DNA from: a virus
Lineage: Duplodnaviria > Caudoviricetes
DNA: 64,000 nt
IMG/VR virus record: IMGVR_UViG_3300035520_001286
Coordinates: 4,532 to 68,531 of that record
Direction: 5' to 3' (one strand)
Shown here: positions 1 through 8,932 of the stretch, one piece after another
Layout of the letters: each line of letters opens with the position of its first letter
Position numbering within the stretch: position 1 is the first letter of the stretch
The notes under the pieces: model-generated
Databases searched by the model: none
What the model saw: the letters and a program-made list of their open reading frames with translations, nothing else
What the model was told of the DNA's origin: nothing
Translations under genes and position numbers: made by a program

Positions 1-48
1 TTCATTTCTGTTTCTACCAGAAATCAATAAAGCTTCTGAAGCATCCAT
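1..48 (-). CDS. 5' part of a gene running off the window edge (MDASEALLISGRNRNE...)
   Basis: ATG at 48 with AAGGAG RBS at about 58-63; frame open to position 1. Confidence 0.6.
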   Translation of the reverse strand, partial: MDASEALLISGRNRNE

Positions 49-125
49 TTTATTATTCTCCTTATTATTATATTATTTATATACAATACTAAATCACGGC
101 CGCCAACTTAGCATTACATATCAAA

Positions 126-485
126 TTAAAAACCAGAAACACCAATATTCTGTTGTTTATTTACTTTTTTATTAGAAATTCCTTTTCTTATTGCTTGTTC
201 AGCATTAATCCAAATCTCATTTGGAATTTGTTGTTTTAACCCTAATTTGCGTAAAACATTATATATTTTTTTAATTTCCGAAAGTTGATCAAGGCTTATT
301 TCACCTTTGGAAGAAATTTCAACTAAAACATCAGAAGCATTCCTACCATCATTGATCATTTTCCTTAAGATTTCCGCTTTTGTTTTATCTTTTTTTGCTA
401 TTTGATTTAATAACATATTTATAGTTTGTTTTGGTGAAGTAAGTCCATTTGCTATATTAACAAGTTTGTTCCAATTAAACGACAT
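126..485 (-). CDS. hypothetical protein, 119 aa
   Basis: ORF track; GGAGG RBS; overlaps the 3' end of the upstream gene. Confidence 0.7.
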   Translation of the reverse strand: MSFNWNKLVNIANGLTSPKQTINMLLNQIAKKDKTKAEILRKMINDGRNASDVLVEISSKGEISLDQLSEIKKIYNVLRKLGLKQQIPNEIWINAEQAIRKGISNKKVNKQQNIGVSGF

Positions 486-1092
486 TAGAATTTACCTCCT
501 TTTCTTTGTTTTTATTATTTTCTTTGTTTAACTTTTTTGTCCTTTTATCTAGTAAAACAACCTTTTTATTTATTTCATCTATTCTTTGCATTATAGCATC
601 AAACAAAGCACTATCAGAATTTATATGCTCATCTTGAGTCATTCTGGATTGTCCAGAAGTCATTTCTTTGTTTTGATTATTATCTATATTAGAATCAGCG
701 TTTTGTGTCTCCTGAGTACTATCAAGGGCCCCACTTTCACCATTTGTATTCATTGTTCCATAATTAAATGTTTGTATTACTGTTTTGCCATTTAAAAACT
801 TTTTGCTCCAAAATATTCCATTTGACATAAAAAACAAAGTAGGCCTGCCATCAGGAGAAACTGGATAATTTTCAACCTCATTAAAACTTTTTACAAACAT
901 AAAAGATCCACTTTGCCCTAACGAAGGATTAGAATTTTGATTTTGTTGTTGCTGTAAATATGGATTATTTTCCATCATTGTTTTGTATGTATTATACAAT
1001 TGATCTACATTATTATTTTGCATATAATTCGGTATAGGAGCTCCATATACTCCATATTGATTTGGAAAATTACCATTTAACATATTAGCCAT
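475..1092 (-). CDS. Q/N/Y-rich hypothetical protein, 205 aa
   Basis: Low-complexity N-terminus (YNTY...NPYLQQQQNQN), central VENYPVSPDGRPTLF...FWSKKF domain resembling a recurrent gut-phage family, C-terminal coiled coil; AAGGAG RBS. Confidence 0.7.
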   Translation of the reverse strand: MANMLNGNFPNQYGVYGAPIPNYMQNNNVDQLYNTYKTMMENNPYLQQQQNQNSNPSLGQSGSFMFVKSFNEVENYPVSPDGRPTLFFMSNGIFWSKKFLNGKTVIQTFNYGTMNTNGESGALDSTQETQNADSNIDNNQNKEMTSGQSRMTQDEHINSDSALFDAIMQRIDEINKKVVLLDKRTKKLNKENNKNKEKEVNSNVV

Positions 1093-1107
1093 TTAGACAA
1101 CTCCTTT

Positions 1108-1437
1108 TTAATTATTAAATTCATTTAAAGATACTTCATCTACATTTGTATTAATCACATAATCATCTGCAATTCCATTAGAAGCATCATTTGAATTTTC
1201 AAATAATTTTCCCATACCACCCATATTTTCTTTGACAAAACTAGAAATTTCTTTCACGCCATTTATTATTTTTCTACTCAAAGGAATGCGCTCATACTTT
1301 TCTAATTCGTCCAAATACATTTGAACAAACAAATACTCATTATCTGAAATGCATATACCGCTTGCTTGCTTTTTTATTATTTCACATGCACTTTCAGTTA
1401 GATTATCTAAAAACTTTTCCCTAAAATCAATAGCCAT
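1108..1437 (-). CDS. hypothetical protein, 109 aa
   Basis: ORF track; AGGTGG RBS. Confidence 0.65.
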   Translation of the reverse strand: MAIDFREKFLDNLTESACEIIKKQASGICISDNEYLFVQMYLDELEKYERIPLSRKIINGVKEISSFVKENMGGMGKLFENSNDASNGIADDYVINTNVDEVSLNEFNN

Positions 1438-1453
1438 AATTCCACCTAAAATA

Positions 1454-1494
1454 AAAATATAACCGTAAACTATTTTTATTTACGGTTATATTTT
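1454..1494 (-). terminator. intrinsic terminator after the AgrB-like gene
   Basis: Perfect 16-bp inverted repeat AAAATATAACCGTAAA / TTTACGGTTATATTTT, followed by a T-rich tract on the minus strand. Confidence 0.7.
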
Positions 1495-1532
1495 AAACAA
1501 TTTTTATTTAGTTGAAAATACTTAAAAAGTAA

Positions 1533-2141
1533 TTATTTCATTAGTTTTTTCTTATAATACATTTTCTTGTTCTTAGCACTTTGTAATTCTATACAACAAT
1601 AATCAGATAATTCTATTTCTGATAACTTTTCAACAAATGCTTTAATACAAAATTCTGTTTGATCTTTATTAAATCCTAACGAATTACATTTTTCTATCAT
1701 TTGTTCTTTAGTACAAGTTTTAACGTTAAACTTTGTTGATTTATTATAAAACTCTAAAAGTTCATTATATCTTGGTTCTATATAATTATAATCTTTTAAT
1801 TTTAATTGTATTTTGCCAATATTACAGCTTGCCAACGAAGTAATCAATCCTAATAAACAAGAAAACAAAATGCTTATATTTTTATCTATTGCTATTGTAG
1901 TTAATACAACAAATACAATTATGGATAACATAAAGCATTGCTTTAAAGAATTTGAATGGAATTGATTTTGATACAATCCTTTGGTTACAAAATATAAAGT
2001 AAAAACAAAAACAAACTCTATAAACTTTCTAATTAATAAGCTATAAAGTATCAATAATGACAAAATAAAAAAGAATCCACCTATTCGATAAATAAGCGAG
2101 ATTCTTTTATACTGTTTATTACTTATTTTTATCCTCTTCAT
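1533..2141 (-). CDS. AgrB-like membrane peptidase with C-terminal coiled-coil/HTH-like extension
   Basis: Several hydrophobic segments in the N-terminal ~110 aa; motif QFHSNSLKQCFMLS with His and Cys 7 residues apart, as in AgrB H77/C84; soluble basic C-terminal tail. Confidence 0.7.
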   Translation of the reverse strand: MKRIKISNKQYKRISLIYRIGGFFFILSLLILYSLLIRKFIEFVFVFTLYFVTKGLYQNQFHSNSLKQCFMLSIIVFVVLTTIAIDKNISILFSCLLGLITSLASCNIGKIQLKLKDYNYIEPRYNELLEFYNKSTKFNVKTCTKEQMIEKCNSLGFNKDQTEFCIKAFVEKLSEIELSDYCCIELQSAKNKKMYYKKKLMK

Positions 2142-2277
2142 CTTCTACTTCAAACTTTTCTTTCAAATCATTATCAGCACTTTCTTCATTACCAAATATC
2201 CACCAAGGACAACTTGGATCTACTTTGTTTTTGTCAATAGGTCTTTCTGAAAAATCAGTCTTTTTTGACTTTTCCAT
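2119..2277 (-). CDS. AgrD-like cyclic-peptide precursor, 52 aa (not in ORF track): MEKSKKTDFSERPIDKNKVDPSCPWWIFGNEESADNDLKEKFEVEDEEDKNK
   Basis: Translated by hand; strong GGAGGTG RBS just upstream of the ATG at 2277; single Cys heading a CPWWIF hydrophobic core followed by a charged tail; directly upstream of the AgrB-like gene. Confidence 0.7.
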   Translation of the reverse strand: MEKSKKTDFSERPIDKNKVDPSCPWWIFGNEESADNDLKEKFEVEDEEDKNK

Positions 2278-2843
2278 AATTTTACACCTCCAAAACTTTG
2301 AACAAATAAATAAATTGATATTATAAATAATTTATAATCTATAGAACCAATAATACTATAAATAAAATTATATGAACTATTAAGTTCTATACTTCCTATC
2401 CTACCATATAAAAATATAATAGAATATAAAAACATTAGAATATATAAACAAATTGAATCAAAAATTGTAAATAAACTTTTTGTTGTTACAACTGGAATTA
2501 TTACTATAAAAATTATATTTAATATATTTGCTATAGTTTCTGAATTTATAAAATGAATTATGATCGTTTGAACAATAGATATAATTAGACAATATAACCA
2601 TTTTATTCTACATAATATTTTATAAACAAAAACTAATTCAATGATAAAAAGTAAATTCATTATTCTGTTTTGCCAAAATATACTTGGAATTTTAATTGAT
2701 GATACATCTGCGTTAAACCATAATATTCCAAATAATCTTGCAATTACACATATAACCATAACAATTATACATGTTACGAATAAACATAATGAAAATATTT
2801 GATTTGGATTTTTATTTTTAAAATATTCTTTAACTTTGTCCAT
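2220..2843 (-). CDS. multi-pass membrane protein (about 6 TM), possible peptide sensor
   Basis: About six hydrophobic stretches, no soluble kinase domain; its last codons contain the RBS of the AgrD-like ORF. Confidence 0.7.
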   Translation of the reverse strand: MDKVKEYFKNKNPNQIFSLCLFVTCIIVMVICVIARLFGILWFNADVSSIKIPSIFWQNRIMNLLFIIELVFVYKILCRIKWLYCLIISIVQTIIIHFINSETIANILNIIFIVIIPVVTTKSLFTIFDSICLYILMFLYSIIFLYGRIGSIELNSSYNFIYSIIGSIDYKLFIISIYLFVQSFGGVKLWKSQKRLIFQKDLLTKTK

Positions 2844-2891
2844 AAACCACCATTGTTAAACAATATAAAATCCAATTAGCAAATTTAAAAT

Positions 2892-3494
2892 TTACTCTTC
2901 GCTATCCTTGTCATTATTTTGCTCATCATTTGTAGTTGTACCAGAATTTTTTAAGGATTCTAATATTTTATCTCTTACCCCTTCAGTTAATGGAATTGCT
3001 GCTTCAATAGCACTAATAATTTGCTCAGCATTTTCACTTAAAACTTCATTAGTAATTGCAGTTCCAGATTTTTGGCTAACTATACTGGTGGCTATCTTTT
3101 TTATTAAATCCTTTAATGAAACAGGACCAATACCTTCATATGCCGCATAAACGATTTTTGCAAATGTTGTTGCAGCTAAAAGTTGTAAATAAAAATTGGC
3201 ATTTACATAGAAATTTAATACTTTTAAATATAAACAATACCAAAGAATAGAGCAAATACATGAAACAAGAAAAGATATTGCAGTGCACCAATTTGTTAAT
3301 ACACCTTTATACCATTTCTCACCATAAGAATTAGCTTTATCCTCGTCATCTTTACAACTTTTTATTTTATTAGCCTGATACTTATTTATTAATTTTTTTA
3401 TCATGGATTTAAGCATACCAGTAATAATGCAACCTAATGCACCAACTAATAATACAAACATATCATATTTCTCTATCCATTGAAAAAAAGTCAT
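2892..3494 (-). CDS. holin-like membrane protein
   Basis: About 3 hydrophobic helices, charged C-terminus, position after the tail-fibre genes. Confidence 0.5.
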   Translation of the reverse strand: MTFFQWIEKYDMFVLLVGALGCIITGMLKSMIKKLINKYQANKIKSCKDDEDKANSYGEKWYKGVLTNWCTAISFLVSCICSILWYCLYLKVLNFYVNANFYLQLLAATTFAKIVYAAYEGIGPVSLKDLIKKIATSIVSQKSGTAITNEVLSENAEQIISAIEAAIPLTEGVRDKILESLKNSGTTTNDEQNNDKDSEE

Positions 3495-3546
3495 TTTATT
3501 TTCCTCGTATTATTTTGATAATAAATTTTAAATTATATTTTTTTAA

Positions 3547-3867
3547 TCAAAGACCCATGAGCGTTGCTCTTTCTGGATCAATTATTTTTACCAATTCTTT
3601 GTCTAATTTACTTTGCTCAATAGCAGAATTTACATCATTATCAATCTTATCTATTTCGTATTGATATTGTGCAACCAAAGAATTAAACTCATTCTTCTTT
3701 CTAATTTTACTTTCAACCTGTTCATATAACTGCTTCACTTTAGTTGTAAACTCTTCCGTAGCATCACTATAAATAGTTTCAGTAATTGTGATCTTGGGAT
3801 ATTGCTGCTTTATGTCATCAGTTATATCTTGTAGAATTTTCCCATCCTTATAAACATAATTTTGCAT
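3547..3867 (-). CDS. hypothetical coiled-coil protein
   Basis: ORF track; AAGGAG RBS. Confidence 0.65.
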   Translation of the reverse strand: MQNYVYKDGKILQDITDDIKQQYPKITITETIYSDATEEFTTKVKQLYEQVESKIRKKNEFNSLVAQYQYEIDKIDNDVNSAIEQSKLDKELVKIIDPERATLMGL

Positions 3868-3991
3868 AATTTTCTCCTTATAATTATTTTTATTTTAGCA
3901 ATTTAAAATTTATTATCTTTATATTATTATATACAAAAACTAAAAAAGTATGAAATGATTTACTATAAAACAAAAATATTTTTATTGAAAA

Positions 3992-4513
3992 TTATAAATA
4001 ATATTGCACACGTTCTGGTACATTTTCAATTTCTTTTTCATCTAAATCAAGAATTGCATAATACCATTCCATTACCAATTCATCATCCATTTCCCTTCCA
4101 CGTAACACAGCTTTCTCCCATTTATCGAATGCTTCTAATAATGGTTTGCGTAAACTTCTTAATTTATTTTTTTTATGATTATCAATTTCTTCTTGCGTAT
4201 ATGGTATATATATTTGAATATCTTCATATTCATCATATGCATCTTGTGCAGGAATATCTGCAATAGGTTTAATTTCTTCTAATGTCTCACCACCATTATC
4301 AAATGTCTCAGTTACAAGATAATATTCACCATAATATTCTTTAACATTTTCACCCTTTTCCAACATTTCTGTATAGACTTCTTTAGCTGTCTTGCCATTA
4401 ACAAATGGTACTGCTTCATGATGAACTTTGACAAACTTATCTGCCTTTAAATATCCTTTTTCAAGGTCGTAGCTCGAAATTTCTGTCGTTTTGTCTTGAT
4501 TAAATACTTTCAT
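3992..4513 (-). CDS. tail-fibre-associated (assembly/chaperone-like) protein
   Basis: DLEKGYL...HHEAV...DAYDEYEDIQIYIPYT pattern, seen after fibre genes in Bacillota phages; position. Confidence 0.55.
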   Translation of the reverse strand: MKVFNQDKTTEISSYDLEKGYLKADKFVKVHHEAVPFVNGKTAKEVYTEMLEKGENVKEYYGEYYLVTETFDNGGETLEEIKPIADIPAQDAYDEYEDIQIYIPYTQEEIDNHKKNKLRSLRKPLLEAFDKWEKAVLRGREMDDELVMEWYYAILDLDEKEIENVPERVQYYL

Positions 4514-4525
4514 GATATTCTCCTT

Positions 4526-6700
4526 TTACGCTGTTCTTTGCCATACATAAAAACCTACATATTTTATGGTATTTGTCGTATCTGTTCCACCATTTAATGA
4601 ACCAGCAGTATAAGTGCTTCCTCTTGCAAATAACACCTTATCTGTAATTTGAGTCCAACTTCCACCAAATAATGAAGCAGGTGGTGCATTTCGTGTGGTG
4701 ATAAACAATGAACCTATTGGGTAATTATAACCGCTAACAATATACCAGACTGAATCCTGAAGCACAAGCGTAACGATTTCTCCTGGGAACCAACAAAGTG
4801 GGTAGACTATGTTTACGCCAGTACTTGAGCAAATTTTGTAACTAACCCCAATCGATCCTAATTTTAAATATGTTTCGGTGTCAGCAGTATTGGCATATTC
4901 AAATCTCACTCTTATTGTTAATCCATTATATAGCCCTAACGAAGCAGGATAATCGCTTACTGTTTTAATCGTAGACCTTTCAGTTGATGAACAATTAAAA
5001 ATAACATTTTCCCCGAGGATATCATAAGGGGTGAGTTTTACCGCGCCAGTGCTTCCGTTAACAGAACTTACTCCTGTCGAAATTGTCACGGCACCCGTCT
5101 TTCCATTGACTGATGTCACGGGAATGTCAGTTAATCGTACTACGTCATTATCCCCCGTAGGCTTCCCATAAACTGTTGCTCTTCCGTCCGAATGAACCTC
5201 TAACGCATTAGATCTTGCGGAACTACTGCCATTACCAACTTCAAATAGGGTGTCGGAGTTGTTATTATTATACTTACCAATTGCGGTTTGATAATCGTAC
5301 CCTGCTATAGTATTATCACCGCCTGCATGAGAGCACATGCCTTTGGCGGTGGTGATACCGCCTTCGGCATGAGACTTATTGCCTGACGCAACTGTCTTAT
5401 AGCCCTCTGCATGTGACTCGTTCCCCGTTGCACTTGTAGAGTCACCTTCAGCATGAGACATATAGCCTGTTGCAGTGGTTTTATATCCTTCCGTATGAGA
5501 GGAATACCCTATTGCTGTTGTACGGCAACCTTCCGCATGCGCATTTTCACCTCTGTGGTCATCATATACTATACCTTCATCGGTATCAGTATCTTCTGTT
5601 GAATCTGTTGAACCTGAACCAGACCCCGATGAACTTGTTGGAAGTTTAATTAGTGTTTTTGAATAATAACCTTCAGCATGAGAATGACTTCCTTGAGCTT
5701 CCGATCCCATGCCCTCTGAATGCGCTTGATCTGAGGTAGCTTTGGTATTTAACCCCTCTGTATGAGATTGTATACCTGAAGCAGTTGTATTCTGTCCTTC
5801 AGCATGGGACTGTTCACCTGAAGCAGTTGTAGAATTACCCTCCGCGTGAGATTCTGCGCCTGAAGCAACATTACTATATCCTTCACTATGAGCTGCATAA
5901 CCTGACGCGGTAGTCTCTTGTCCTTCTGCGTGAGAACCTTCCCCAGTAGCTTTTGTACTTATCCCCTCCGAGTGAGAAGCCATACCAGATGCTATTGTCT
6001 TACTTCCTTCGGCATGAGTGGCTTCCATTGTTGCTTTAGTTTCTATTCCTTCGGTATGGGATTGTTCACCTGACGCAGTTGTGGAATTGCCTTCAGCATG
6101 AGCAAATCGTCCAGATGCAGTTGTAGAGTTACCTTCTGCATGAGTATATTCTTCTTTTGCAATTGTAGAGCCACCTTCCGCGTGCGAAGAAGTGCCTAAA
6201 GCTTGTGTATATCTACCTTCACTATGTGAACTATTTCCGCCCGCCGTTGTAGCTAAACCTTCCGCGTGAGCATTGACGCCGCCACTTAATGTAACCGAAG
6301 CGTTACCTTCCGCATGAGAGTAATTTCCTTTCGCAAGAGTTGTAGTTCCTTCGGCAACCGATCTTTTACCTTTTGCTTGTGAAGCACCACCTAATGCTGC
6401 TGCAAAGCTTCCTACTGCGCCAATTTCTTCAGTATCGGTGATCGTATTGTCTTGCGCGTATGCATTAGCATTTTTGCTTTTTACCGATAAGCCGCTTGTG
6501 TAGGAAGAATCGGATACTTGTTGAATTGAGCTACTTCCACTACCAGTTTCTATATTGATCGTTACGTCACCCTTCTGACCATTTACAGAAGTGACAGCAT
6601 TTCCATTTGTATTACTAATAGTATCTTTTAATTCCTCAAAATTACTATTAATAATATCATAATTCTCAGAAACAGTATTACCTCTTAGAATTTTATCCAT
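4526..6700 (-). CDS. tail fibre/adhesin with YadA-head-like (Hep/Hag) beta-roll repeats
   Basis: About 20 tandem 14-aa SHAEGxxTxAxG repeats, VTSVNGKTG linkers, C-terminal YPIGSLF...PASLFGGSWTQI domain. Confidence 0.8.
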   Translation of the reverse strand: MDKILRGNTVSENYDIINSNFEELKDTISNTNGNAVTSVNGQKGDVTINIETGSGSSSIQQVSDSSYTSGLSVKSKNANAYAQDNTITDTEEIGAVGSFAAALGGASQAKGKRSVAEGTTTLAKGNYSHAEGNASVTLSGGVNAHAEGLATTAGGNSSHSEGRYTQALGTSSHAEGGSTIAKEEYTHAEGNSTTASGRFAHAEGNSTTASGEQSHTEGIETKATMEATHAEGSKTIASGMASHSEGISTKATGEGSHAEGQETTASGYAAHSEGYSNVASGAESHAEGNSTTASGEQSHAEGQNTTASGIQSHTEGLNTKATSDQAHSEGMGSEAQGSHSHAEGYYSKTLIKLPTSSSGSGSGSTDSTEDTDTDEGIVYDDHRGENAHAEGCRTTAIGYSSHTEGYKTTATGYMSHAEGDSTSATGNESHAEGYKTVASGNKSHAEGGITTAKGMCSHAGGDNTIAGYDYQTAIGKYNNNNSDTLFEVGNGSSSARSNALEVHSDGRATVYGKPTGDNDVVRLTDIPVTSVNGKTGAVTISTGVSSVNGSTGAVKLTPYDILGENVIFNCSSTERSTIKTVSDYPASLGLYNGLTIRVRFEYANTADTETYLKLGSIGVSYKICSSTGVNIVYPLCWFPGEIVTLVLQDSVWYIVSGYNYPIGSLFITTRNAPPASLFGGSWTQITDKVLFARGSTYTAGSLNGGTDTTNTIKYVGFYVWQRTA
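5320..6370 (-). repeat. tandem 42-bp/14-aa coding repeats (SHAEG)
   Basis: Repeated (S/T/A)H(A/T/S)EG motif at 14-aa period, interrupted once by a Ser/Thr/Asp linker; boundaries approximate. Confidence 0.85.
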
Positions 6701-6733
6701 AAACGAATCCTTTTACTTAATAAAATTTTATGA

Positions 6734-8929
6734 TCATAAAGCATACTTCGTAGTCATAAAGCATACTTTATCACCTAAATCTACATCTGATATTATACTA
6801 ACATTATATGTATCGACAGTGCCTTTGTTTACACCAAATGAAGCATCACAAAACTCGTTTATTATATCAACAGTGGAGATCTTTTTCCCAATGTAAGAAT
6901 GACCATTTGAACTATCATATGTATACACTTCTTTCGCAAAATACACATTACTAGCAGAATATTTATAAGTTCCATCATCAAGTTGCTCTTTATTTGAAGA
7001 ATAAACAATATCATTTGTACTTGCAACTTCATTCATAACTTGCGAACTTGTTGGAATAAAATTATTGCTATAAGTCGGTGTTGTATTATAAGGATCAATG
7101 CTATATGCACTAGATTTTACTTTCTTCTGATTGCCATCTGCAACTATAAATTTATCATTAACAAAATTATTATCGGCATAAACATCACCATCATCACCAG
7201 AAGGAACGAGAAGCCACTCAGTGCTAGTGCCAATAATTAAATCACCAACTTCAGCAACTATACCACCATATGTTCCAGCAGTAATGACTTTATACATATA
7301 ACCAATTGTAGAATTTGAAGCATCAGGTAATTCTGTAATTGTTCCATTAGTTCCCAACGTACCCTTAAAATATAAGCCACCAGAAATTCCGTCAATTGCT
7401 TTAGTCAATTCTTCTGACGTAGCAACTTTTTTGCCATTACTATATAGTTCATTACCTTGTATATATACATTAGTATTTGTATATGTCACAGCATCAACAA
7501 GAGCATCACCTTCTTCACCAAATACGTTAGAACCAATAATGTATAATTTACTATATGTATTATTAGTTACACAAGCAGTCAAATATCCACCATCTTCCCA
7601 AGGTACGTTAACAAATAAACTCCCATTACTATCACTTTCAATTGGATAATATCTTCCAGATGCCGACGTAGCATTATTTACAGAAATAGCATTTGAATCA
7701 CTAGAAGCTTTGGCTCCAGTAGAAGCTTTACTATGATAAACCAAAGGTTTAACTAAGCCTAATGTATTATTTGTCGCACTACTATATGTCGTATTGGTAT
7801 CAACCCAAGGTACATATACAGCAAGATTTCCATCACTGTCTAATTGAACTGAATAAAATCTACCTTCAACACCAGCAGTATAACTAGATGAATCTTGAGC
7901 CAAAGCTGAGTTAGACAATGTAAGTTTAAACTCATTATCATTTAATGTTATACCATCTGAACACGTATATGTTGTATCTGTCCATGGAACATTTACTGCC
8001 AAATCTTTTTCACTATCTAACTGAACTGCATAAAATCTTGAAGCATCATCACCTTTGGTATATGCACTCACTTCAGATGCCACAGTCTCATTTTTAATAT
8101 CAACTTTATACGTAGTAGTACCAGAAATACCACCTGATCCAGAAGAAAGAACAAGACCTACACCAGCTGTATGTGCATGCGCTGTATTAGTATTATTATC
8201 TGTCCATGGCACATTAACTGCAAGTTTCCCATCTTTATCCATTTGAACTGAATAGAACTTTGATGAAGAAGTCCCTTGAGAATATGTACTTGATACAGTC
8301 CCTTTTGTTTCACTTGAAAGAGCAGCTTTAAAAGTATTCCCACTTAATATTATGCCAGTATCACCAGAATATGTTGTATCATTATCAGTCCAAGGTACAT
8401 TCACATATGCTTTATTGTCTGAATCTAACTTAACTGCATAATTCCGTGTTTCACTAGAAAAATCTTCATACCCAATAGCAACCCCACCAATTCCAGAAGA
8501 AGTAGCTGTTTTTAATGAAAATTCATTATTATTTAACGATAAACCATCACTTGCAGAATAAGTTGTATTTTCCCAAGGTACATTAACGACTAATTTATTA
8601 GTTGCATTTTTTTGTACCCCATATGTCCTTTTTGAAGTCGAAGAAGTAGTAATTGCATCAACTGTTTGTATAGTATCATTAAATACTCTTACTAAACCAA
8701 AATCTGTACTAGAAGCTAAAGGTATATTCGCTACTTTGTTTGTAACAATTGAACCATTATTAACTCTTACATCATCTACTTTCCCTACATCTTCTAACTG
8801 TTCCTCAATTTCACCAACTTTTGTTGAAACATCTTCGATTTCTTTGTTCAATTTTGTGAAATTGCTATTTGTATTAACAGTATTTTCACCTATTGTATTT
8901 CCTCTTAAGATTTTTTCTAATTCTGCCAT
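6734..8929 (-). CDS. tail fibre protein with six V(N/Y)VPW repeats
   Basis: Six copies of the YxVxxDxxxxxxVxVPWxDxxTTY-type unit; N-terminus KILRGNT shared with 4526..6700. Confidence 0.75.
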   Translation of the reverse strand: MAELEKILRGNTIGENTVNTNSNFTKLNKEIEDVSTKVGEIEEQLEDVGKVDDVRVNNGSIVTNKVANIPLASSTDFGLVRVFNDTIQTVDAITTSSTSKRTYGVQKNATNKLVVNVPWENTTYSASDGLSLNNNEFSLKTATSSGIGGVAIGYEDFSSETRNYAVKLDSDNKAYVNVPWTDNDTTYSGDTGIILSGNTFKAALSSETKGTVSSTYSQGTSSSKFYSVQMDKDGKLAVNVPWTDNNTNTAHAHTAGVGLVLSSGSGGISGTTTYKVDIKNETVASEVSAYTKGDDASRFYAVQLDSEKDLAVNVPWTDTTYTCSDGITLNDNEFKLTLSNSALAQDSSSYTAGVEGRFYSVQLDSDGNLAVYVPWVDTNTTYSSATNNTLGLVKPLVYHSKASTGAKASSDSNAISVNNATSASGRYYPIESDSNGSLFVNVPWEDGGYLTACVTNNTYSKLYIIGSNVFGEEGDALVDAVTYTNTNVYIQGNELYSNGKKVATSEELTKAIDGISGGLYFKGTLGTNGTITELPDASNSTIGYMYKVITAGTYGGIVAEVGDLIIGTSTEWLLVPSGDDGDVYADNNFVNDKFIVADGNQKKVKSSAYSIDPYNTTPTYSNNFIPTSSQVMNEVASTNDIVYSSNKEQLDDGTYKYSASNVYFAKEVYTYDSSNGHSYIGKKISTVDIINEFCDASFGVNKGTVDTYNVSIISDVDLGDKVCFMTTKYAL

Positions 8930-8932
8930 GCT

